From NCBI GenBank assembly GCA_949425635.1, contig CASPWD010000005.1, positions 28,552 through 92,551 on the forward strand: DNA of 64,000 nt, in the 5' to 3' direction. Below, piece by piece: positions 1-10,186 of the stretch. This stretch comes from an uncultured Bacilli bacterium (GTDB taxonomy: Bacteria > Bacillota_I > Bacilli_A > RF39 > UBA660). The notes under the pieces are model-generated. The model ran no database searches and was not told where the DNA came from. It worked only from the letters and a program-made list of their open reading frames with translations. The first letter of the stretch is position 1; every line of letters begins with the position of its first letter. Both the position numbers and the translations under genes were made by a program.

Positions 1-229
1 CTGTATTTCTTGCATTTACTAGTCCACCATTTTTTTGATGAATAACTCTTACTCTTTTATCTTTTTGTGAATATTCATCGCAAATTTTAGGACATGAATC
101 AGGTGAACCATCATCAACTAAAATCAATTCATAATCTGTATATGTTTGAGATAATATGCTATCTATACATTTTTTTAAATATTTTTCAACTTTATATATT
201 GGTACTATTACTGAAAACATTGGTTTCAT
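1..229 (-). CDS. Glycosyltransferase family 2, N-terminal fragment (gene runs off the window start)
   Basis: Edge-truncated, so absent from the ORF track. Reverse-strand translation from the ATG at complement 227-229 reads MKPMFSVIVPIYKVEKYLKKCIDSILSQTYTDYELILVDDGSPDSCPKICDEYSQKDKRVRVIHQKNGGLVNARN. This is the textbook GT2 N-terminus (VIVPxY..., LILVDDGSxD). Confidence 0.75.
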   Translation of the reverse strand, partial: MKPMFSVIVPIYKVEKYLKKCIDSILSQTYTDYELILVDDGSPDSCPKICDEYSQKDKRVRVIHQKNGGLVNARNT

Positions 230-601
230 AAAGTCACACTCTACTTTCTATATAATTCAACTTTTTTAAATTAAAATTGCTCTTTTGAAACAAACTGCTT
301 AATCTTCAATATTATTTTTTATCTTGATTACCTTATTTTTATATTTTCCGCCCTTATATTTAAACGTCTGTATGTGTCGTTAAACAATACTTGTTATAAC
401 TTATTTTGTTTATAAACTTTGTAATATTTATATTAATATTCAATCACTAAATATAGCATTACTATATAATTAGTCATTTTACATATCATTTTAACAAGTA
501 TGTCTTAACATTGAAATTATAAAATTCTGTTTGTTAACTCTGCAACTATAATTTTAATTCAAACTCATAATAATTTATTTACAATCTATTCTTAGATTTT
601 T

Positions 602-1618
602 TTATAATATCCCTATTTTTTCTAATATATAGTCATCTATTCTTTTTATAATATAAGAACCAATAAATGTTATTATAAATATAATTATTATATAAACTGA
701 AGACGTAAATTTTATATCTAATAACTTAAGAAATAAAAAACTAACGTATTGAAACAAATATATTTCATAAGATATTTTCCCTATAAAATTAAGAATTTTA
801 TTTCCAAGATTCAATTTAACATTGATTTGCATAATAGTTATTAATATTATTATACTTAATATTATTTTTAACACATATTCTCCGTAGAAAAATACTGTTT
901 TATACTTTAGATAACATAATCCCATTATAAGCGAACAAATAACTAATAATACTGAATTCCTTTTATAATATTTCTTACATATTTCTAAAATCTTATCTTT
1001 CCTTCTATATATTAGAATGCCAAGAGCAAAACCGATTGATTCAGTTGGCCAACTTGCCACAAGTTTTAATTTCGTAAAATAATCAACAATGCTCAAAAGA
1101 ACAATAATTGTTACAATTAGGTAATCTTTGCTTCTTTCTGAAATTTTTATTTTATTCACTATATAAAATATAAGATAAAATAGAAGTAAAACCACAACCC
1201 ATCGATTAATATTAATTAATGATAAAAAAGTTATACTAAAATCATTATATACAATTTTTTTTAATACGTTTAGAATAATGTTTATTATTATTGCAGGAAG
1301 TAAAATCTTAGGTAATCTCTTTTTCCAAAAATCATTTAAATAATTTTTGTTTTTGCTTTTTGAAGTTTGTAACCCATATGCAGAGGATAAGAAGAAAAAT
1401 GTTACTCCTACACACGCGAAACTTCCTATAATATCTTGTATTTCATTTCCATACATATTTGGTATATGCACTAATACTACTACAAGCGAAAATATTCCTT
1501 TTATAATAGTTGTGTCTGACAAACTTAAAAAATCTTTTTTTTCTACATCATATTTCATTTGCCATATTATAATACCGAATAACAATCCGACAAATAAAAT
1601 CATTATTACATTATCCAT
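602..1618 (-). CDS. Acyltransferase family 3 integral membrane protein (putative polysaccharide O-acetyltransferase)
   Basis: 338 aa, highly hydrophobic with about 10 predicted TM segments. Sits inside a polysaccharide locus. Layout is typical of OatA/WecH-type acyltransferase_3. Confidence 0.65.
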   Translation of the reverse strand: MDNVIMILFVGLLFGIIIWQMKYDVEKKDFLSLSDTTIIKGIFSLVVVLVHIPNMYGNEIQDIIGSFACVGVTFFFLSSAYGLQTSKSKNKNYLNDFWKKRLPKILLPAIIINIILNVLKKIVYNDFSITFLSLININRWVVVLLLFYLIFYIVNKIKISERSKDYLIVTIIVLLSIVDYFTKLKLVASWPTESIGFALGILIYRRKDKILEICKKYYKRNSVLLVICSLIMGLCYLKYKTVFFYGEYVLKIILSIIILITIMQINVKLNLGNKILNFIGKISYEIYLFQYVSFLFLKLLDIKFTSSVYIIIIFIITFIGSYIIKRIDDYILEKIGIL

Positions 1619-1624
1619 TATTTT

Positions 1625-2815
1625 TTAATCCTTTTTATTCATTTGTTTTTCGATATCAGCATCAACGATTTCTTCACCTGATTTATTTTTTAATTGTTCT
1701 TTAGAGGCTTCTGATAAGCCATTATTTGCAACACAATTCATATCACATGTTGAACATTTATCTAGTTCTTCTTTAGTTACTTTACCATCTCTTAAGTCTC
1801 TAACAATTTTATTTTCATACATAGAATATTTTTTATTTGTCCAGAATTTTAATTTATGAGTTAAAACCCACCAAGCTGGTTTCCAAATATATTTATGCAT
1901 TGCAGGAGATACTGAACCAATCATCCAACATTGTCTATCGCAATGTCTAACTTTAAATCTTACTTCTTCAGCTTGTGCACTATTCCATAATTCTTCCCAT
2001 GTAGCACATTCATTTAAGTTACCCATAACTTCTTTATCTTTAGTGCCATTACATGGCATTACATCACCATATGGATCAATAAAGAATGTATCAAAAGCCA
2101 TATCACATGGGAGTAATCTTTTTTGTCCATAAACGTAATTAATTAGTCCATGATTAAAATATGCTCTAAACCATTTCTTTGGTGATTTAGAATTTAATAA
2201 TTCATTAACTAAATTTTCAAAGTTTTGTGCAACCATTGGTCTGTCATGAATAATATTTTTTGCTTCTACGAAGTAAAAGCTATTATGTAATGAAGCTGTA
2301 GCAAATTCCATATCCATTTCATTTGAAATATTGTATAAAGGAACTAAATCTGGAGCATTCTTATCTTGAACTGTCATACCAAATCCTACATCTTTCATTC
2401 CCATTTCTTTTAGTTTTTTTAGAGTTTCATAACCTCTTTTATAACCATCTTTTAATCCTCTAATTTCATTATTAGTATCTTCTAATCCTTCAATAGAAAT
2501 TCTGATACCAATGTTAGGGAATCTCTTTGCCATAGCTATAATTCTATCAGTAAAGAATCCATTTGTTGAAATAACAATTCTATCACTCTTCTTATATAAC
2601 TCTTCTACTACATCTTGTAAGTCTTCTCTAATAAATGGTTCTCCACCAGTTATATTAGTAAAATACATTTTAGGTAATTTCTTTATTGTTTCAATACTAA
2701 TCTCTTCTTCTGGTTTTGAAGGACATTTATATCTATTGCACATTGTACATCTAGCGTTGCATCTATATGTTACTATAACTGTTCCATTTAATTTTTTTTC
2801 TTTCATATTTTTCAC
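1625..2815 (-). CDS. Radical SAM enzyme with Cys-rich C-terminal (SPASM/twitch-like) region
   Basis: CxxxCxxC cluster 'CNARCTMC' near the N-terminus and a 'TGGEPF' SAM-binding motif. Downstream motif 'LLPCDMAFDTFFIDPYGDVMPCNG...C..C' plus further Cys residues (CSTCDMNC). Overlaps the upstream GT4 gene by 4 nt. Confidence 0.75.
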   Translation of the reverse strand: MKNMKEKKLNGTVIVTYRCNARCTMCNRYKCPSKPEEEISIETIKKLPKMYFTNITGGEPFIREDLQDVVEELYKKSDRIVISTNGFFTDRIIAMAKRFPNIGIRISIEGLEDTNNEIRGLKDGYKRGYETLKKLKEMGMKDVGFGMTVQDKNAPDLVPLYNISNEMDMEFATASLHNSFYFVEAKNIIHDRPMVAQNFENLVNELLNSKSPKKWFRAYFNHGLINYVYGQKRLLPCDMAFDTFFIDPYGDVMPCNGTKDKEVMGNLNECATWEELWNSAQAEEVRFKVRHCDRQCWMIGSVSPAMHKYIWKPAWWVLTHKLKFWTNKKYSMYENKIVRDLRDGKVTKEELDKCSTCDMNCVANNGLSEASKEQLKNKSGEEIVDADIEKQMNKKD

Positions 2816-3951
2816 ATCTTTCTATATAATTTCAAAGTTTTATCTACTACATCATCCCAATTATATTTTTCTAATATAAAGTCTTGGGCATTTTTTTTAT
2901 ATTCTTCTACTATTTTTTTCTTTTTACAAAGTTCTTGTAATTTAGTTTTTAAATCTTCTAGGTCGGATTTTTTGAATGTTACTCCTTTATCTTCTATTAC
3001 TTGAGAACATTCATCTATATCTGATGTTAAACAACAATTACCATAGCTCATTGCTTCAAGTAAACTTAAAGGCATTCCTTCTAAGTCACTTGGTAAACAA
3101 TATATATATGCATTGCTGTATAATTCGTCAAGTTCTTTTCCTTGAACAAAGCCTGTAAATATTATTCTGTCATCATCTTTGGAAGATTCTTTTAATTCAG
3201 AATAATATGAATCTGTATCGCTTGCACCACCAGCGATAACTAGCTTTTTATCTGTTTTAGTTCCTTTAAATGCTTCTACTAAATAATGAATTCCTTTTTC
3301 TGGAACCATTCTTCCTAAGAATAAAATATAATTATCTTTTTCTAAATTGAATTTTTCTTTTATTATTTCTGCTTCTGATATTTGAGGCTTGCTAACTCCA
3401 TTTGGGATAAAAGTTGTTTTTCTGCCATACGTTTTTTTAAAATAATCTTGAACATTTTGACTTAAAACTATTATTTCATCGGCATTTTTTACTGCAACTT
3501 TTTCCCCAAATTTTATATATTTAGTTGCAAAGCCGCCCCATTTAGCTCTTTGCCAATCTAAACCATGAATAGTTGCAATGATTCTTTTTTTACTAAACCA
3601 TTTTATTATCCACATCCATGCACAAGGTCCTTCTGCATGATAATGAACAACATCTGCTTTAGAAAATAATATTTTTATTGTTGCAAAAAATGAAGATGTC
3701 ATGGCTGCTAAGCCTTTTTTATCAATTGTTAATGTTTTTACAATCTTTACACCTTTATATTCTTTTATGTCTTCTACTTTTTGATTTTTATCAAGAGCAT
3801 GTTTACCACCACGATTATAGCATGTTACATCATGACCTTTCTTAGCCATCCTTGTTGAAAGTTCTTCAACAACTATTTCTACTCCACCTTCACGTGATGG
3901 AACTCTTTTATGTCCTAGCATGGCAATTTTTAATTTCTCAATACTACTCAC
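2812..3951 (-). CDS. Glycosyltransferase family 4 (GT-B fold)
   Basis: 379 aa. N-terminal 'KIAMLGHKRVPSREGGVEIVVEEL' and C-terminal 'LPSDLEGMPLSLLEAMSYG' (E-x7-E type signature). Confidence 0.75.
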   Translation of the reverse strand: MSSIEKLKIAMLGHKRVPSREGGVEIVVEELSTRMAKKGHDVTCYNRGGKHALDKNQKVEDIKEYKGVKIVKTLTIDKKGLAAMTSSFFATIKILFSKADVVHYHAEGPCAWMWIIKWFSKKRIIATIHGLDWQRAKWGGFATKYIKFGEKVAVKNADEIIVLSQNVQDYFKKTYGRKTTFIPNGVSKPQISEAEIIKEKFNLEKDNYILFLGRMVPEKGIHYLVEAFKGTKTDKKLVIAGGASDTDSYYSELKESSKDDDRIIFTGFVQGKELDELYSNAYIYCLPSDLEGMPLSLLEAMSYGNCCLTSDIDECSQVIEDKGVTFKKSDLEDLKTKLQELCKKKKIVEEYKKNAQDFILEKYNWDDVVDKTLKLYRKM

Positions 3952-4051
3952 AACTTTTCACTCCCTAAAAAAGAATACATTGTACATGTATTCTATTCAT
4001 TTTGACTTTCTATAATAATGTAATTGTACAATCTAATTTACTAATTTTATT

Positions 4052-4714
4052 TTATTCTGCTCCTTTGTGTCCAAAAACAGCACTGAATGTTTTAAAGAAT
4101 ATTTTAATGTCCATTCTTAACCCATAATGGTTAGAATAATATTGTTCTAATTTAAGTCGTTCTTTAAAAGACACATCGCTACGACCACTTACTTGCCAGT
4201 ATCCTGTAATACCAGGTTTTGTCTTGATAATATCGTCATAATATTTGCCCATATCTTCTTTTTCTCTTGGTAAATATGGACGATTACCTATTAATGACAT
4301 TTCTCCTTTTAAGACATTTAACAATTGTGGTAATTCATCGATTGATGTTCTTCTAATAAATTTACCAACTTTTGTTATTCTTGGGTCATCTTTTAACTTT
4401 TTGTTTTTTTTATATTCTGCTGCTACTTCTTTATTTTCTTTTAACATTTTGAATAATACTTCGTCAGCATTTGGAACCATAGATCTAAATTTATAAAATT
4501 TAAATTCTTTGCCATCTTTACCAATTCTGTTTTGTGTAAACATAATTGGTGCAAAATCTCCATTAAATACTGAAATAATTTTTATAATAAGACTTATAGG
4601 GATTAATAAAATTAATCCTACTAGTCCTGCTATAATATCAAACAACCTTTTTATTACGAAATAGACAGCTTCTTTAATACACACAAATATATTAGAACTT
4701 ACTGCTTCATTCAT
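4052..4714 (-). CDS. Undecaprenyl-phosphate sugar phosphotransferase (bacterial sugar transferase, WbaP/CpsE C-terminal type)
   Basis: One N-terminal TM segment, then 'KFYKFRSM', 'DELPQLLNVLKGEMSLIGNRP' and 'PGITGYWQVSGRS' motifs. Confidence 0.85.
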   Translation of the reverse strand: MNEAVSSNIFVCIKEAVYFVIKRLFDIIAGLVGLILLIPISLIIKIISVFNGDFAPIMFTQNRIGKDGKEFKFYKFRSMVPNADEVLFKMLKENKEVAAEYKKNKKLKDDPRITKVGKFIRRTSIDELPQLLNVLKGEMSLIGNRPYLPREKEDMGKYYDDIIKTKPGITGYWQVSGRSDVSFKERLKLEQYYSNHYGLRMDIKIFFKTFSAVFGHKGAE

Positions 4715-4749
4715 TTTAATACACCCCTATATCTTTATACATTCTATTT

Positions 4750-5469
4750 TTAATCTGCTCTTTTGCTACTATAATAATCACTTACATAGTAAGAATTATA
4801 ATAACTATTTCCTTTAACATTTGCTTTATTAATAATAACACCATCTATTTTACTATTTGATGCTTCAAACACTTTTTTACTTCTTTCAAGTAATTCAATT
4901 GGTGTTTCTCCACTTGCTACTACTATGATATTAGCATCTGAATATTTTGTCATAATTTGAGTATCACTCATACCTAAGATTGGTGGACAATCTAGTATTA
5001 TAATATCATAATATTTTTTTAATTCTTCAATAACTTCAGCGTTATTTTTTGATGATAACAACTCTACTGGATTTGGTGGAGTTGGTCCTGTTGGAATAAG
5101 ATCGATATTTTTAATACTTGTTTTTGATACGTATCTACTTAATTTTACTTCTTCTTTGAAATTTAAAATAAGGTTAGAATATCCACTATTCGTTTGATTC
5201 ATAACATTGAATATATCATGTTGTCTTCCACGACGTAAGTCACAGTCAATTATTAAAACCTTTTTTCCATCTTGACCATAAGCTGCAGCTAAGTTAGCTG
5301 AAATAAATGTTTTACCATTTCCTGCTTCTGGAGAAGTAATAAGAATAGTTTTTAATTCTTTATCAACTGCTGAGAATTGTAAGTTTGTACGAATATTTTT
5401 GATTGATTCACTAAACATTGATTTAGGATTAATAGTTAAAAATAGTTCTGTTTCGTTCATATCTTTCAC
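4750..5469 (-). CDS. BY-kinase (CpsD/CapB-type tyrosine autokinase) of polysaccharide export
   Basis: Walker A 'SPEAGNGKT', Walker A' 'LIIDCDLRR' and Walker B 'IIILDCPP'. C-terminal Tyr cluster 'NSYYNSYYVSDYYSS'. Confidence 0.85.
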   Translation of the reverse strand: MKDMNETELFLTINPKSMFSESIKNIRTNLQFSAVDKELKTILITSPEAGNGKTFISANLAAAYGQDGKKVLIIDCDLRRGRQHDIFNVMNQTNSGYSNLILNFKEEVKLSRYVSKTSIKNIDLIPTGPTPPNPVELLSSKNNAEVIEELKKYYDIIILDCPPILGMSDTQIMTKYSDANIIVVASGETPIELLERSKKVFEASNSKIDGVIINKANVKGNSYYNSYYVSDYYSSKRAD

Positions 5470-6159
5470 CTACTTCTTCTCTCTATGTTTGGCACGTGGC
5501 ACAATACCATAAACTGGTAATCCAAGTTTATTTTCAATCATTTCAGCACTCTTAATTGTAGTATCAAAATAATATACAACAAAAATACTTCCAAGTCCTA
5601 CTACTAGACCTACTAATATATATATTGCAAGGTCTTTAAAAATATTTACATTATATGCACTATCAGCTTCGACAGCTTTATCAACACTTGAAACATTTGA
5701 TAATTTATAAATTTCTTTAATTTCTTCACCAAATACTTTAACAATTTCATTTGCAATATCAGCTGCTAAAGCTTTGTCAGGATCAGAAACTGCTATCTTA
5801 ATTATTTCAGTATTTGTTGTATTAGAAATTGTTACATTAGAATGTAAATTTCCGTATGTGTAATCAAGATTTAAATTTTTAATTACTTTTTCTAATACTC
5901 TTCTTGACTTAATAATGTCACTATATGTAGTAACCAAACTTTTATTCATATTAAGATCACTTTGAGTAATTGCAGAATTTCCTCCTGCGCTTCCATCGTC
6001 ATTAACTAAAACAATAGTAGCATTTGATCTGTACATTGGAGTTTTTAAAAATATTGAATAAATACTACCTAAAACTAAAACCCCTAATAAGATAATTGTT
6101 ACAACTAAGATACGTTCTTTTATGTAATCAAATAACTCTTTTAAATTAATCTCTTCCAT
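5470..6159 (-). CDS. Wzz/CpsC-type chain-length determinant (BY-kinase transmembrane activator)
   Basis: Two TM segments flank an extracytoplasmic domain, and the gene abuts the kinase gene. I place the start at MEEINLKELFDY (ATG at complement 6157-6159) because a GAAGGGA RBS lies 9 nt upstream. The ORF-track start at 6240 has no RBS. Confidence 0.7.
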   Translation of the reverse strand: MEEINLKELFDYIKERILVVTIILLGVLVLGSIYSIFLKTPMYRSNATIVLVNDDGSAGGNSAITQSDLNMNKSLVTTYSDIIKSRRVLEKVIKNLNLDYTYGNLHSNVTISNTTNTEIIKIAVSDPDKALAADIANEIVKVFGEEIKEIYKLSNVSSVDKAVEADSAYNVNIFKDLAIYILVGLVVGLGSIFVVYYFDTTIKSAEMIENKLGLPVYGIVPRAKHREKK

Positions 6160-6514
6160 AATATAATCCCTTCTAATTCTATCTCGAATAAATCTTATCG
6201 TTCTTTTTTGGAATGCTATATAATATACCATTTTTGTCACAAAAAGAAAATATAAAATTTAATTTTATGTATCTATTTTAACATAAAATCTCTTTATGTT
6301 ATATAGAAAATATACTAAATATATATTTTTTTATTAATTACTAGTTAAATGTACGTTAATCGTATAAATGTACTTGATGGAATTATAAAGAAATTTGATG
6401 TACGATAAGTGTTCGACTAAAATAATTGATGCTATTTTAAGGCTAATTATTATATTTGTCTAATTTTACTATAAAAAACACCATAACCTGTTTTTTAGGC
6501 TATAGTGTTAAAGA

Positions 6515-7021
6515 TTATCTAGGTAATCTAATTACTTCAAAGATAAATAATAAGTATATTCCTGCGTATAGAGATGTTTTAAATCTAAGCATTTCGTATG
6601 TACTTACTACCTTATCTACACCAGATACTAACCATGATTCTTTATACTTAGGTAGTTCTGTTGTACGTGGAAACATATGCTTCTTAATAATATCTTGTTG
6701 AATATTATCTAATTCAAAATACTTTAAGCTATTCGTTAAAGCCATATTAGGATGTTCTCCTAATTTTTCATAACTATTATAATCAGATAAATCACTATCA
6801 ACATAAAAGTCATGTAATAATGCTGCTCTAGTAATTGATTCAGTATTCTTCATATTAAATAAGTCACATATATTATAAGTCCACTTAGCTACACGATATG
6901 AATGATCATATCTAGTAATACCATGGTGTAATTCTCTTTTTAATTTATTAAATTTACTATTATTTGTTATATCTTCAATAATGGAGCTAAAGTCTCCAGT
7001 ACTTTTTTTCATCCAAATCAC
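6515..7021 (-). CDS. HD-domain phosphohydrolase-like protein
   Basis: 168 aa with 'H...' and 'ALLHDFY' HD-type motifs. Confidence 0.5.
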   Translation of the reverse strand: MIWMKKSTGDFSSIIEDITNNSKFNKLKRELHHGITRYDHSYRVAKWTYNICDLFNMKNTESITRAALLHDFYVDSDLSDYNSYEKLGEHPNMALTNSLKYFELDNIQQDIIKKHMFPRTTELPKYKESWLVSGVDKVVSTYEMLRFKTSLYAGIYLLFIFEVIRLPR

Positions 7022-7119
7022 CTCAGGACTTTTGAAATTATATCATAAATAGATGTACTATGCAAATTTCTACATTATTAGTATAGTCTTATTTTAATAT
7101 AATTATACTGATAAGTGAA

Positions 7120-8496
7120 TTATTTTTTATATCTCTTTTGTAAAGTTTTGTTTACTTCTTTTGTTAGTACTGGTGGTTCTTCTACATCAGAATATGCTAG
7201 AGTTGTACCTGCTGGTAATTGAGCATTAAGATAAAAACGATCTGTAGTTTTTTCATAAGCAAATCCATAATAGAATAAATTATCTGTTTGATTTTGACTG
7301 ATATAATATTCGGGAGTTGTTTCCCTATTATAAGTTCTATCATATAAGCCAGTAGTATTATTAGTGCTTCTAAGAGCTGTAAATGGTTTATCTAAGCCAG
7401 TTAAGTCATATGATTTATATTCTGACTCCCCATTTAATTTAACCATATTCCAAGTATGAACATAACTTGATACTTGATAATTATCTAGACCTACTCGATT
7501 AGCAATAGCTTTAAATAATGTGGCATAACTTACACAAGTTCCTAAATCACTATGAATAGCTGAGGAAAGTGGATAATCATTATAGTAATTAGCTAAAGCA
7601 ATATCTTCTGCCGCACTACTATCATATTCAATTTGATTAATAACATATAGAATAATATCATCTAATTTATCTTCATCTGATAAACTATCTAAGTTTAAAG
7701 AAGAAACTATATTTTCTATTTCGCTAGCAGTATTTACTAAATTTTCTTTATTTTCTGTAATAGGGATATTTCTTAATGTATTGCTACTTAGCCATAAAAT
7801 AGTACTTTCGTCTAAATATATTCTTGTCTTATTAAAACTTGTTAGTACTTCTCCATGAGTTACGTTAGGACTTCTTCTTATAGTAATTTTAGCTAAATTT
7901 TTACAATTTTTAATATCATTTAAGTCTAAGAAGCCATAACTACTATAATAGAAATAAAATAAGGATTCTGGTTTACTAATATTTATTTTATTAATATTAC
8001 AATTTGTTATATACAATGTTGCTAATTGTGATGGTGTATATAACGTACCATCTAGTATAGTTGCATGAAATATGTTTAATATACTAAGGCTTGTTGGTAA
8101 TGAATTAGTATTATACATATTTCCTTCTATAATTATTAGTTTTTCTAATTTGGTATTAGTTAATTGGGAACAATCAACATTAATACCTTGAATGGTTACT
8201 TTTTTTAAGTTAGTTAGGTAAGCTAAATCACTTAAGTCGTGATTTGACATTGCTGGTATTTCTAATTCACTAATCGTTCCTAATGTTGTTAAATTAATGC
8301 TATTACCTATTACTCCTCTTATAATATTTTCTAGTTCTTTATTTTTAAATGTTACTACTGTTTCTGAATTTGTAACAGTACTTCCTGTTTGTTCTAATGC
8401 GGCTTCACTTGCATACGCTGGGGTTCCTAATAAACTTAGGGTTAGTGTAGAAGCTATAACAGCCGCTCCTACTCTTTTAATTACTTCTTTTTTCAA
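7120..8496 (-). CDS. Secreted leucine-rich-repeat protein with C-terminal transglutaminase-like cysteine protease core
   Basis: Signal peptide (…LLGTPAYASEA). LRR-like segments (LTNLKKVTIQGINVDCSQL...). C-terminal 'GTCVSYATLFKAIANRVGL...SYVHTWNMV...YDLTG' fits a Cys-His-Asp transglutaminase-like core. Confidence 0.5.
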   Translation of the reverse strand: MKKEVIKRVGAAVIASTLTLSLLGTPAYASEAALEQTGSTVTNSETVVTFKNKELENIIRGVIGNSINLTTLGTISELEIPAMSNHDLSDLAYLTNLKKVTIQGINVDCSQLTNTKLEKLIIIEGNMYNTNSLPTSLSILNIFHATILDGTLYTPSQLATLYITNCNINKINISKPESLFYFYYSSYGFLDLNDIKNCKNLAKITIRRSPNVTHGEVLTSFNKTRIYLDESTILWLSSNTLRNIPITENKENLVNTASEIENIVSSLNLDSLSDEDKLDDIILYVINQIEYDSSAAEDIALANYYNDYPLSSAIHSDLGTCVSYATLFKAIANRVGLDNYQVSSYVHTWNMVKLNGESEYKSYDLTGLDKPFTALRSTNNTTGLYDRTYNRETTPEYYISQNQTDNLFYYGFAYEKTTDRFYLNAQLPAGTTLAYSDVEEPPVLTKEVNKTLQKRYKK

Positions 8497-8621
8497 ACTA
8501 TCAAACTCCTATCATAATTTAATTTTACTATATATTTACAACAATGTGTACACACTTTACGCATGTACTTTACAAATATTGTCATTATAGTTTTTTAAAT
8601 TAACGATAGGAATTTTATATT

Positions 8622-10112
8622 TTATACTCTTTTATATTTAAATGTTTTAGTATTTTGTTCTTCTCTTTTTTTATCATAATGTAATTTAGTACTAAGTGCT
8701 GTATATAGTACAATTAGTTCACCTACTAAAAGAAATAATTGTGCTTCCATTCCTTTTAAAGTATTTGATTTTAAATAACCTATTCTTTGAACTATATTAG
8801 ATATTATTATTGGTTTTATATTTGTTTCAAAATCTGGATTATTAATGCTTTCTAAATCAAAGCTATAGAAGCTTAAATCGTTTGTAATATTTTGTAATAA
8901 CAGATTCCTTATTTCGTCTGAATCTAGTCCATTCATGTCATATGCACTATACTCATTTTCGCCTTCTAAGCGAGCCATATTCCACGTATGATTAGTACTA
9001 CTTGGTTGATAATTATCTATATCTACGCGATTGGCTAAAGCAGTAAATAAACAAGCATAGTTAACACAAATCCCTACATCTTTATTTAAAGCAAAATATA
9101 TTGGGGAAGTATTATATCCCGTTACTAATGTTTTATATCCTTTTTGCTCTTCAGATACTCTTATATCATAATCTATTTTATCTGTGATATAGACTATTAT
9201 GGCATTTAATTTTTCTTCTTCCGTTTTATTTGCATTATTTATTTCAGTTGCTATTTGATTCAATTCTTCTATATATGATAAGTATTTTTCTTTTGATTCT
9301 TTATCTAAGTCAATACTATTTAAGGTTTCTTTGTCTAACCATATACATGAGTAATCATCTAAGGTTACTTTGCTTAAACTAGACATTGCCTTTAGTAAGT
9401 GACTATTAGATACATTAGGACATCTTGTTAAAGAAATAGTTTTTAAATTAGTACATTCTTTTAAATCTGCTAAATCTAATAAAGCGTATCCTTCAAAAGT
9501 AAATGATGTAAGTTCTTCAGGGTTTTTAAAATGTATTTTATTAAAGTTAGTATTATTTATTTCTAATGTTCTTGTGTGATAAGGAACGTAGACAATATTG
9601 TCTGGTAAAGTAGCTCCTTGCAAATATAAATCTGTTACAGTATTTGGAAGTTCATTTAAATTGGATAAGTTACAATCTACAGCATTGAATACTATTAACT
9701 TTTGATTATATATTAAATCATTACAATCTATATTCATTCCACATACTTCTAATCTTGTAAGATTAGGAAGATATTTTAAATCGCTAAGGTCATTATTACT
9801 AAGTGGCTCTTCTAAAATTATTGAAGATATTGAATGTAAGTATTCAATAGTTAATTCACCATTAGCGTTGCTTTTTAATAAATTAAAAAGTTCTGGATTG
9901 TGAAAAGTTATATTATTTTCTTGTTTTATTGAATTGAGTTCATGTTCAAACATAGTGTATGAAACCATTTCACTTAATGTTGCTCCAGTTTCTTTAGCAA
10001 GAACTATTTTAGGCGTAATTAATAAACTAAGTGACATTACACCTACTGTTAAGACTGTTCCTGTAGCTATTTTTAAATTTCTTTTTAGGTTATTTCCTTT
10101 ATTGCTTGACAT
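8622..10112 (-). CDS. Secreted/anchored LRR + transglutaminase-like protein (paralog of 7120-8496)
   Basis: Same architecture as the neighbouring gene. Core 'GICVNYACLFTALANRVDI...TNHTWNMARL...YDMNG'. Has an extra C-terminal hydrophobic anchor followed by a basic tail. Confidence 0.5.
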   Translation of the reverse strand: MSSNKGNNLKRNLKIATGTVLTVGVMSLSLLITPKIVLAKETGATLSEMVSYTMFEHELNSIKQENNITFHNPELFNLLKSNANGELTIEYLHSISSIILEEPLSNNDLSDLKYLPNLTRLEVCGMNIDCNDLIYNQKLIVFNAVDCNLSNLNELPNTVTDLYLQGATLPDNIVYVPYHTRTLEINNTNFNKIHFKNPEELTSFTFEGYALLDLADLKECTNLKTISLTRCPNVSNSHLLKAMSSLSKVTLDDYSCIWLDKETLNSIDLDKESKEKYLSYIEELNQIATEINNANKTEEEKLNAIIVYITDKIDYDIRVSEEQKGYKTLVTGYNTSPIYFALNKDVGICVNYACLFTALANRVDIDNYQPSSTNHTWNMARLEGENEYSAYDMNGLDSDEIRNLLLQNITNDLSFYSFDLESINNPDFETNIKPIIISNIVQRIGYLKSNTLKGMEAQLFLLVGELIVLYTALSTKLHYDKKREEQNTKTFKYKRV

Positions 10113-10186
10113 ATGACTCTCCCCTTGTTTCGTTTTATGATTATAATACTGGTTGTTTTTTTAGTCAAAAAAAAGTAGCTTTTTCG

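Noticed and set aside
230-601. A 370-nt AT-rich gap inside the polysaccharide locus, checked for a small gene, RNA or IS remnant
   Set aside because: There is no ORF with an RBS, no convincing hairpin/terminator architecture and no inverted repeats. It is probably an internal promoter or spacer region.
6160-6240. N-terminal extensions of several track ORFs (6240, 20028, 22204, 31684, 37367, 40481, 47560, 52581)
   Set aside because: In each case an internal ATG is preceded by a good Shine-Dalgarno sequence at 7-10 nt. The paralog or family alignment also starts there, and the extended start lacks an RBS or lies in a leader or terminator.
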